Assembly (NCBI GenBank): GCA_002104945.1
Contig: MCFH01000005.1
Span: forward strand, 620,001-684,000
DNA: 64,000 nt
Direction: 5' to 3'
From: Piromyces finnis finn
Lineage: Eukaryota > Fungi > Neocallimastigomycota
The translations under genes and the position numbers were made by a program. Numbering within the stretch: the stretch's first letter is position 1; each line of letters begins with the position of its first letter. The notes beneath the pieces were generated by a model. The model was not told where the DNA came from. It made no database searches and worked only from the letters and a program-made list of their open reading frames with translations. Of this stretch, positions 53,345-64,000 are shown piece by piece.

Positions 53345-54597
53345 TATATTTTTTTTTTAAAAAAAAAAAAAATAGAGAATACTACAAGAAAAAAAAAAAA
53401 AGGGAATAGTTTTTTATTATTAGTATTATTTATTTTATTTATTATATAAAGAATCTTTTTTTTTTTTTTGTTTTGTTTTTTGTTTTTGTTTTTTTTGTTT
53501 TTGCTTTGCTTTCTAATATAATAGACTTAAATATTTTTATATTATATATATATTTTTTTCTTTTCTATCTTAAAAAAAAAAAGTATATATAATATAATGT
53601 TATTTTATTTTTTATAATAATAATTATTATTATTGAAACTTTTGTTGTTTTTGCTTAAAGTTTTTTTTTTTAAAAAAAAAATTTATAGGATTGCATATGT
53701 TTTTTTTTTTTTTTGGGGGGGGGAATTAATGATTTTCTACTTTTTTTTTTTTTTTTTCTGGTATTTATAAGGCTTTAAAAATATATATTGTTTTTGTTTG
53801 TTTTGTTTTTTGTTTTTTTGCTTTTTTTATCTTTAACTTTTTAAATTTAAGGTAGTAAAAAAAAAAAAAAAATATAATTGTTATTTATTTTTTAATTTTT
53901 TATTTAAATGCAAGTTACCTTTATTATTTTTTCATTATAATAATACTTATACTTTATATATATATAAAAAAAAGGCAATGGTATTAATTTTTTTAATAAT
54001 CCCGCGTTACTATATACTTATCTTTTTAAAAAAATATAAAAAAATTATTTTATATTATCAACTATTTTCATTCATTTATTAATTTTTTTGTTGATTTGTT
54101 TTTCTTTTAAAATGTTATTAAATATATAAGCATAAATAAAGAAGAAAAGAAAAAAGTAATATAAAAGAATAATATTATTTTTTTTAACTTTGCATTCATT
54201 CATTCATTCATATTACAATTTAGAGTGATAGACCAATAAATTAAAAAAAAAGTCTATCCTCTTCTTATACTATACAATTTTAATTAATTAAAAGTGATTA
54301 ACATGACAAAAATAATTAATAAAGAAATACAAGTAATGATAAATTCATAATTGATAAATATATATTAGTGGAAGGGATATAAAAGGGTTATTGAAAAAAT
54401 TATATTTATTGCTGTATAAATATTATTTTATATATTAATATATAAAATTAGTGATTAGGGAAATTTGATTATATCAAAAGCGTTGATGAATCTAATTTAT
54501 TATATATATATATATGTTGTTGGAATTTTATGTGTTGTTTTTGTTGGAGTAATAATAATTTATTTAATAACTTTTGTTCTTTACAAGGGCCATATAG

Positions 54598-55341
54598 TCA
54601 ATTAACAACGCCTACTTCTTGAGAGCTTTTAGTAGTTTTAGATTTAAATAATTTATTGAATGAAAAAATCTTACCAGAGTGGTGAATTTCACCACTACCT
54701 TTAGATTTATTTGTTGCACTTTTCTTTAAGCTTTCATTAGAACGACGTTCCTTATCCCTTTTACTCTTAATTAAGCTAAACTTAGAGGTCTTCTTATTGT
54801 ACTGACCTCTCTTATATTTATCTAAGAAATCTAATTGATTTGTGTTGAATGCTCCTCTACGATAACGTCTGATATGTTCAACGGCTTGTAATGGCTTCAT
54901 ACCAGCTTCAATTAAAGCAATAGCCACAAGAACAGGAGCACGACCTAAACCAGCTACACAATGCACAGCAATAGTTGGATTTTCAGTGTTCATTTCTTCG
55001 TTAACATTTTGTTCCTTTCTAATTTGCTGTAATGAACCAAACTTCTTTTCAACTAAATTGAGCCAATTATTAACAACATTGGCTGGTGGAACAGCACCAT
55101 CACGGAATTGCCAATCATGAACATTAATATTATTATCGGATAATAATATAGTACTATAGGTTGGTTCACAAACTCTAACAATGTCTGAAACTCTGTTTCT
55201 TTTAAACTCTCTTAAATATTGTGGGAGTGTATTATCAGTTGGGCAATCCAAGATTAAAAAATTCATATTTTTATAGGAAATGAAAGATAAAATCTTGGAT
55301 AATGGAATACTTGACATCTTATAAGAAGCTTGAATTGACAT
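54598..55341 (-). CDS. PTP4A: PRL/PTP4A-type protein tyrosine phosphatase, 247 aa
   Basis: FLILDCPTDNTL, VRVCEPTY (regulatory Cys), DWQFRDGAVPP (WPD-type loop), HCVAGLGRAPVLVAIALIE (PRL P-loop), RRGAFN. Confidence 0.9.
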   Translation of the reverse strand: MSIQASYKMSSIPLSKILSFISYKNMNFLILDCPTDNTLPQYLREFKRNRVSDIVRVCEPTYSTILLSDNNINVHDWQFRDGAVPPANVVNNWLNLVEKKFGSLQQIRKEQNVNEEMNTENPTIAVHCVAGLGRAPVLVAIALIEAGMKPLQAVEHIRRYRRGAFNTNQLDFLDKYKRGQYNKKTSKFSLIKSKRDKERRSNESLKKSATNKSKGSGEIHHSGKIFSFNKLFKSKTTKSSQEVGVVN

Positions 55342-56115
55342 TTTGCTTAGTTTACTTTTATGTTTAATTTTAATTGATAAATAATTTGCTATTTGTTGTT
55401 TGTTTGTATATAAAAATAATTAATTTATATTATAGTTTCTTGAAGTTAAAATTTATGTTGAGTTATTATAATTTTTAAATATTGTGTAATTTAATTGTTA
55501 AAATTGTTATATATTAACTGGTAGGGTAATTTCAAATAAAATAAATACTAGGTAAAATATTATTATTTAAACAATTTTATAAATATATCTTACGTTTTTG
55601 TTTTTGTTTTTTTTAAAAAAAATTAAATATAAAATTAAATATTATTAAAATATATTCTTATTATTTGTGTTTTTAATTTATCTAAATTAAATGAATTATA
55701 AAAAGCTTTTGTTTTTTTTGTAAAAAAAAAAATCTATAACAATATTAAGTGTATGATGTATTAATAAATTATTTTAAAACTAAATGTTATTGATTGTATT
55801 TTTTTAATTTTTAACTAATACTAATTAATTTAATTTCTTTTAAAATAAATGATTAGGTATATTTATTATAAAAGAAATGAAAGAAAAATTTATTTTTAAT
55901 TTATTTTTTGGTTTAATTTAAAATAATAAGTTGTTAATTTAATATTTTTAAATCTATAGATACAAAATATATTTAATTTTTTTAAAAAATGTTAATTCAT
56001 AACCTTTAAGGTATAATTATAAAATATTAATTGAATGAAATTTTTTCTTTAACTTTTAACCACCATCATCTACTAACGATTCACAGAATTGAATTAAGCT
56101 TCTGTCTGTGACACT

Positions 56116-56220
56116 CTTAGAAATCTTTAATGAAAGCAAGGTGCTGTAGACGATTGGTAAATTTTGTAAAGAACAAAAATTTTCTATCATTTAGTATGTG
56201 TCGATGATATTACTATTACT
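56116..56220 (+). mobile_element. Degenerate Ty1/Copia reverse transcriptase fragment
   Basis: 56191-56220 translates as LVCVDDITIT (cf. LVYVDDIII). It is preceded by a decayed KSL...KQG...W segment. Confidence 0.5.
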
Positions 56221-58009
56221 CTTTGTCCCAGATTGGGATCGCTTTTTATTTAAATAAAGTATTTTGGAAAAATTTAAAATAAAAAAATTTTAATTTATGT
56301 GAAGTGAAAATTATTTCCTTTATTGTCCTTTTTTTTTTAAAAAAAAGATAATGAAATAAATATATATTTGTTGTTTTATTTAAATAGCCTATTTAAATGT
56401 TATAAAAGATAGATATGTAATTAGTATTTCTATTTATAAGAATATTTTCATATATTACAATAAAATTATAAAACAATTTTAAAAAAATATATCGTATTGT
56501 TTTGTTTTCATAAAATTGTAGTGATGAACATGAATGTTTGTAGTTTTGAAAGAATAATTTATCAATTTTCAATATATAGCTTTAATTGTTTATCAACTTT
56601 TTTGTTTATTTATATTCAAAAAAAATATTTTATTATTTATTTGTATATTGTTTTAAATGCAATTATTTTATTAAATTTGTAGTATTTATATTGTTTATCT
56701 ATTACATTATTATTGAATTATTTTGAATATTTTATTTGCTTTATTATTTTTTTTCTTTCCATCTTTGTAAATTAATAACATATAATTTAAAAATAAATAC
56801 AATAATATAATTACTTTTGGTTAAGTTTTAAATAATATATTATTTAGTTATTTTTTTTAATAGTTAACAATTTAATTGTTTATTAAAATTTTTAGATTAA
56901 ACAATTGTTAAATTTAAAAGTAAAAAAAAAAAATATTATTTCCTAATACTAATAATTTTAATGTAATAAAAAAAAATTAAATTATAACTAAGGAGTTTAG
57001 TTAATAATTTTTTTTTTTTTTTTTGATGTTTTTTTAATTATAAAAAAGATTATTACTAATATATAAAAGTATAATTTAATATACTACATTTATATATTAA
57101 AATATATTTATAATGATGGACTTTTAATATTATTAGATATAAATTTTTTTCAGAGGCTTATTTTCATCAATATAAAAATTTCGATTGTATAATTAATTTA
57201 TAATATATTGTTATATATATTTCATATAAACTATTCTATTACAATATATTTTTAATTTTTAGTTTTTTGATAATTTACAAATAAAGAAACATTTTATGAA
57301 AAGGTTAATTATTTTAATAAATTTGTAATTAACTTTAAATAATATATTCTTACTTAATTAATTTCATATATATTAATATATATTAAACTATAAAAACATT
57401 TATATTAAATAATAAATTTTAATAATAAGATTATACAAGATGATTTAAATAATATCATATAGATGATAAATATATATTAAAATTTTTATATATATTATTT
57501 ATATATAATATATGGAGTATTTAAAAAATGAATTGAATAATATATGACAATAGTTTATTTATTTAGCAGAATTTTTAAATTAAAATTAGTATAGATTTTT
57601 AATTTTAACATATGAATAAAAGAATAAAAATAGAAATTATTTTACACCCATTTACTACATTACTTTTTTACATTACATTATTTACGTACATATATGAAAT
57701 TGACAATCATTGGATATTCATAATATTTTAATTAGTATATATATTTTATTAATCTTTAAATTAATAATATAAATATCATATTAATAGTAAATGTACATTA
57801 CAAATTACATGTTACTTTTTTATTTACCATTTATAGGGCTAGAAGAAGATGGATCTTATTTTAACCCTAGGGTTTAGTTTAACCCTAGTTTATATGGGAT
57901 GATGATTAGTTTTATTATTTTTCATCTTTATCCTAATTACTTATTCATTAACCTAATAGATGAATATAACAAAACTTGAAATTCTTATTCCTATATACTA
58001 TAGCACTAA

Positions 58010-58125
58010 ATAAACCTTGGCATAGAATTAAAATTAATGAAGGATAAGAAATGGAAACGAAAAAAGAAAAATTATATTTCATACTGTACTTATGGTAAGA
58101 AGATCATTTATTAGTGATCCATTTA
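58010..58125 (+). mobile_element. Possible heavily decayed Ty3/Gypsy RT fragment
   Basis: Frameshifted pieces resemble HQIRI-EGDEWKT-TYG-YLVMPF (WHRIKINEG*, aatggaaacg, acttatggt, ttattagtgatccattt). Confidence 0.3.
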
Positions 58126-59445
58126 AAATTATTTATTAGAATACTATTTCATAATCAGAATTATTTCAAATCTCGATATTTAATAAATAGATTTTCTTTT
58201 AATTTAAAAGTAATTATAACTACTATTCCTTTTCATCCTTCCTTATAAACAAGAATTAAAAAAGATTCAAAGAAATAATTATAGGCTCTTTATTTTAGTT
58301 ATTTTAAATATCAAATGATATTGTCTTTTTTTTATTATTTAAATGTAAAATTATTATATATATAATCTATTAGGAAAACATGAAACAATAATAAATAAAA
58401 ATATTAAAATTATATATAATAAAGTTATTAATATAAAATTTTAGATCATCATTATTTGTTAATAATGAATGAATAATATATTAAATTTTAAATAGAAACG
58501 AATATATAAATTCAATATTAATCTATTTATTTATTTGATCATTACTTATTTATTCATTTACTTTTATATAATGAACCAAAATATAAAAAAGGTGTACAAT
58601 GATACTATCATTGATGCTAAAACTTTTTAGTTAAAAAAATATTTATATAAATTATGATCTATTTTAATTTCTATTATTTCTTTTTTCCTTTTATTGAAAT
58701 AGCTTTTTTTTTTTTTTTATTTTTAACTAACTTGCTTTGATTTTTAAAAAGATAGAAAAAATAATAAAATGAAAAGAGTTATACTGTTATTATTATACAT
58801 TAATAAAAAACAAATAAATATTTTAATTGTCTATAGAATAATAAAATTGAAGAAAAAAACTAACTTTTCTTTTATTTTAAAATATTTCCTATATTTCCTA
58901 TTATTATTTATGCTAAAATATTTATTATACTAGTAAAATGATAATTGAATTAGTAGTGATAAATGCTTGTATTTAATAATATCTAAAATATTTAAAATAG
59001 ATAAATTCTATTTACTATGGTAATTCATTATTAATAATAATTTTATTTCATAAGGTATATCAAAACTTTTTCTCAAAGTATTAAAGTAATTATTAATATA
59101 GAAGGGATTTATAATACTAGTAATAATTTATTAAAAATAATAGTTATTTTAATATTTAACTATTAACTTGTTTTTGCTTAATGAAAAACTTTTTATTCGT
59201 CGTCCTGTAACTACATTCTCATGAGGTTGCTTTACACTAATAGAAAATCTATATTTGAAATAATAAATACAGAATTATTTTTTTTCATTTCTGTACCATA
59301 AAAAAAAAAAGTAACACAAATTTATTATCTTGAATATTATTGGCTAATATATTAATTTAGATGTTTAAGAAAAAAACTCAAAAATTAAATTATAAATAAA
59401 GAAAAATTGAAAAAAAAATTTTAAATGATATTTGTCCAGTTGATA

Positions 59446-59500
<55 letters not shown>

Positions 59501-60241
59501 ATCAGAAGCTCAATATTAGTAATGAAAAAATCTTTAAAGTTCATAGTAAAAGAAAGTAGGATCGAAGAATAAAATAATGTATATATTAAAAAACAAAAAA
59601 GTAGTATTAAACTATATACGATTATTTTAGTTTTTTTTTTTTACTGATAAAATGCATAATCTTTTTATGAATATCTAACCTATATAAAATATTTTATATC
59701 AAGATAAAACTTTATTATTTAATAATATATTATATTATTTAATTTTATATTTTATTCATTATCTAAAATTTTTAATGAATCGTTATAAACATAAATGCTT
59801 GTTTATTATTATTGAACTTTTTTTTTTTTTAAACGAGTAATGCAAAATATATAGAATGAAATTGATAAATTAATAAATCATTTAGTATTCATTTCTATTA
59901 TAAAATTTTATTGTGTTAAAGTTGGTTATTTTAGTCTGGTCAGAACAGAATAATTAACAAATTGCTTTTCCATTAATTTTAATTATTTACTTTCTATATG
60001 CTATTAATATTATTAATTTGATACTTGTCATTAATAATTAAACTTATTTCAAGTAAATTGTATAAAGAAAAAGGGAATACAAAATAATAATATTGATAAT
60101 ATTTATACAAACACTCAAATAAATCATATAATAATATATAGAAAAACATATAGGATAATAAAAATACTATTCTAAACTTTGCTGCATAAGTTATATAAAT
60201 AAAATAAAAGCTGAACAAAATTTTTTTTTTTTTTTAAAAAT

Positions 60242-60550
60242 TATTTAATACCCTATTTAGACTTAATACAAAAAAGAATGTACAAATAAATATATTATCC
60301 TAGATTTTGGAAGGATTTAGCCAAAATTTCTGGGAAGGGAAAATTTGACCTCTGGTAAAATTTTAACCAGACAAAAACCAGAAAACCCAGAATTTTTAGG
60401 CTAAAAAAACTAGGGTATTATATAAATCTTAGTTTTTAAGCTTTTTACCCATTTTATAATACCACTTGAACAACTTTTAATTTTTTTTTTTTAAAACTAT
60501 TTAATACCCTATTTAGACTTAATACAAAAAAGAATGTACAAATAAATATA
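60242..60550. repeat. 53-bp perfect direct repeat (60242-60294, 60498-60550), 256-nt period
   Basis: tatttaataccctatttagacttaatacaaaaaagaatgtacaaataaatata occurs twice, each preceded by a poly(T)-AAAA run. Confidence 0.92.
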
Positions 60551-60891
60551 GAAACGAAAAGGTATATTTATATAATTATTTCCATTCAGTTTTAAAAATT
60601 AATATTGTTAATTTTAAAAATTTTAAAATTTTTTATTATTATTATTGTTTCTCTATTTTAATATAATATTTATTTGAATGAAATATTTCTAAATTAACAA
60701 TTATAATATTGAAATACTTTTTATTTTATTTATTACTTTAATAATTTTATATATTATTAACAATTTAGTTTCAATTTAATGTTTAGTGTAAAAATTATTT
60801 CTATTTTTGTATATTTTATATTGATATAATATTTTCATTTTAATTTAGAAGAATATTATTATTATTATTTTTTTAAAAAAAAAATATCTAT

Positions 60892-61458
60892 TTAATTATT
60901 TCCTGAATTGCTGCTCTATATTTCAGATTTAGATTACAGTATTGATTATAAATTGAAATTTTATATAATATATTTTTAAAAATAAAAATAAAAATAAAAT
61001 TAATTATTTAAAATTTATTTATACAATAAACTATTAAATAATATATATTAATAATATAAATGAACTTTACACTATCTGGAAGACCATTATTTAAATTATT
61101 TCTGTGAATATTAATACCATCTTCTTTATTTAAGAAAAATTTTAAATGTTCATCCTTTAAAGAGTTTTGTAAAGCACGAGTTGAAATACTTAAAACTTCT
61201 AAATAACTAAAAATTTTATATTTTTTTAACAGAAATTAAATATTATTTTTAAAAAATAAAAAAATACAAGATTTAAACATTTTAATAAGATTTTAATTTT
61301 AAAATTTCAATATATATATTTTCATATATATTATGTATTATTCTTTTTCAAAAATATTAAAAATATTATTTATTTTGTTTAATAAAAAACCTAACACCAG
61401 CAGCCTTCCAGAATGGAATAGTAGCTTTTTCTAATAAAATTTTAGTTGGTAATGGCAT
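60892..61458 (-). CDS. ATP15: Mitochondrial-type F1F0 ATP synthase subunit epsilon; exons 61458-61391, 61206-61071 and a tentative last exon 60915-60892
   Basis: The spliced product is MPLPTKILLEKATIPFWKAAGVSYLEVLSISTRALQNSLKDEHLKFFLNKEDG...NG. It matches the epsilon signature (A/F)W(R/K)xAG(L/V/I)SY...A(V/I/L)RxxLK. The phase-2 intron AG|gt...ag|T keeps frame. Not in the ORF track. Confidence 0.8.
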
Positions 61459-62055
61459 TTTTATTAATTTTTTTTTTTTTTTTAAATTATTCCCGAATAA
61501 CGAAAATGCTTTTTTTTTTTTTTTTTAATAAAATTATTGTAAATATTATAATATTCAAAAAATAAATTTTCTAATAAACTATTGGTAAATAATTGAATTC
61601 CTAATATACATATTAATATTTGTACAATACATGAAAAAATAATTTTTATAAAAAAAAAAGAAAAATGAAAATATGATGGTGGTTTATACCAAAATAAAGT
61701 AAATCACAAGAAATAAGGATGGAATACAATTTTTTAATACTCATTCATTTATTTATTTGTTTTTTTTCTTTATCATTATATTATTATTATTATTATATTA
61801 GTATGATATAGAGTATGGGTATATATAAGGATATAAATTATTATTTTAAACTATTACTATAATATATAAAAACAACAATAATGTTATCCTAATTATTAAA
61901 ATACATTATGATAAATATTATTACTACTATTATTAACATTATTAATTTTTTTTTTGATATTCTTATATGTTCAGTTTTTTTAATATTAATATATATATAT
62001 ATTATATATCATTATATCATCATTTCTTTAATATAGCTATTTTTATTTTGTAGGA

Positions 62056-63566
62056 TTATATATTCGATTTCTATATATATATATATATTTTGATATACTA
62101 AATCAATAATTATTATTATCCATTCATACTAAGTTATATTCATTATCATTTTTATTGATAATACTTGTATTTTTTTGACAAGAGAAAATTTTTTCTGATA
62201 CCTCTTTATTTATTTCTTTATTCTTTGAATAAGATTTCATAAATTCCGCAAATTCAGATTGAAGTTGTTCAATATTGTCAAATCCAAGGTTTGCAGTGAT
62301 GGATTTTCTGTGTTTTTCTGAAAAAATTACCAATTCATTAGCTTCAGAGGATTCTTTAATTGCAATACTATTATTACTTGAAAGATTTGCTAGTGTTGAT
62401 TTATTCGATTTTTTTGTTTTTAAGTATTTTGTGGAAGGTTGTTGATTTTGTATTTTTTCTGGAAATACAATATCATTGACATTATCATATTTCTCTTTAT
62501 TACTACTATATATCGAGTGAATGACTTCTAATTCATTAATTACATCGGAATTTTTTCTTTCATTGTCCTCATGATTGAGCGTTTCATTTAATGATGGAGA
62601 TTGATTATCATTTACAATATCATTAGTATTTTTAATTGTAATATATTCGGAGGAGGTTCGATTAGATTCTGTGTCATCTTTCTTATTAGAAAAGAGTTCC
62701 GTAGCATCGAGAAAGTCTATCCATGGTATATTACTTGTATCCTGTTTGAGTATATCATTATTATTTTTAAATGGTGGGATATTTTCTTCTTCTGCATTTT
62801 TATTATGAATACTTGAAATAAATATGCTTTGCTCTGATACTATCGGTAAAAACTTTCTTATGTCTTCGTCCTTATTCGATTGGCATCTTGATTCTTTATA
62901 ACTATGAAATGATTTCTTATCTTCCTTACTACTATTACTTTCCTTTAAATACTTATTTCTTTTAAGGTATCGATCATTATTAATACTTTCATGTAACGAT
63001 TTACTTTTTGATTTTGTTCCAAGTTCTTCAAATGATTTATCATTATTTATAAATTGAATTTCTTTAATTTCGGTTTTGTTTATATTTTCATTTATATCTT
63101 TTTCATCGGTTTTTTCAATACTTTTTATTGATGCTTCATCATTTTTTATATTTTCATGATAACTATTAACTCTTTCATTCGTATCACTGCTTTTTTCCTT
63201 ATTTTCAGGTTCTTTAAATGGTGTAAGAATTTCATGAGGTATTATTACTTCTTTTGTTTTTATTTTTGTATCGCTACTTAATTTTAATATGGATTGACTT
63301 AGATCGTTATCATCATTATTATTTTCATTGATTTTATTATTTATATCGTTACATGAACTATATTAAAACAAATCAATTGAATTAGTTTTAAATATATTAA
63401 TAATAATAATAATAAAAATAAAATACACTATTAATAATAATTTATTAATTTTATTATATATAAATATATTTTAAATCATCATACAAAGATTTTAAATGTA
63501 ATTTTAAATAGTTTATATTTTCTTTCTTTTCTGAGAGAGGATTATTGCATATGTTTCTAAAATAGA

Positions 63567-63644
<78 letters not shown>

Positions 63645-63985
63645 TTATTGTTAAAATTAAAGATAGTAATAATTCTTTTTTAAAATTTAATATTTTATAT
63701 TTTATATATTCTATTATAAATATAATATTTACAATGATGTTAAGTTTGTCATTTTCGTAAAATCAATATGAATTATAGTGATCTTATTATTTGATAATGT
63801 TCTAAATATTTTTATTTTTATTAAGAAAAATATTAATAAATGAATATACCTTTTTTATTAAATATTTGTATTGCTTTAATAATTATTAACATATAAAAAT
63901 ATATTTTTTCTATTACAATTCTTTTAGATATTTTAAATTTTCTATTGAAGATGGAATTTCCTTGATTTTATTATTATCCAAATTT
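62056..63985 (-). CDS. 3' part of a leucine-rich-repeat protein; 5' end lies beyond the window
   Basis: Phase-2 exons 63985-63917 (NLDNNKIKEIPSSIENLKYLKEL), 63801-63733 (TLSNNKITIIHIDFTKMTNLTSL) and 63556-63485 (NICNNPL), then a 1228-nt open exon 63357-62130 and a tentative last exon KSNI* (62070-62056). Confidence 0.8.
63570..63641 (+). repeat. (AAT)n microsatellite in an LRR-gene intron
   Basis: Pure AAT run. Confidence 0.95.
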
Positions 63986-64000
63986 CTATAGAGTTAATGG

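Noticed and set aside
57860-57890. Telomere-like aaccctagggtt / ttaaccctag
   Set aside because: Only two short imperfect units forming a small palindrome; not an array.

Overview
Extremely AT-rich eukaryotic DNA with short GT-AG introns, long A/T and (AAT)n runs and abundant ankyrin repeats. This is most consistent with an anaerobic gut fungus (Neocallimastigomycota); the assignment is inferred. The genes in order are: condensin kleisin BRN1 (-), a 2117-aa Pho80/Pcl-type cyclin with polyQ (-), RPB7 (-), a small secreted 6-Cys protein (+), RPL19 (-), Yos9/OS-9 lectin (+), a giant ankyrin-Dicer fusion (-), a cluster of retroelement debris, two VTC1/DUF202 paralogues (+), a LINE remnant (+), a Cid1-family nucleotidyltransferase pseudogene (-), a PRL/PTP4A phosphatase (-), a mitochondrial-type F1 ATP synthase epsilon subunit (-, absent from the ORF track), and the 3' part of an LRR gene (-) that runs off the window. 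The standout is the 3-exon gene at 26998-38241, predicted at 3646 aa. It carries about 30 ankyrin repeats apparently inserted into a degenerate Dicer helicase, then DUF283, PAZ, an intact RNase IIIa, an RNase IIIb with three of four catalytic acidic residues substituted, a dsRBD-like segment and a second ankyrin array. Domain calls come from manual motif recognition only; no database searches were run.
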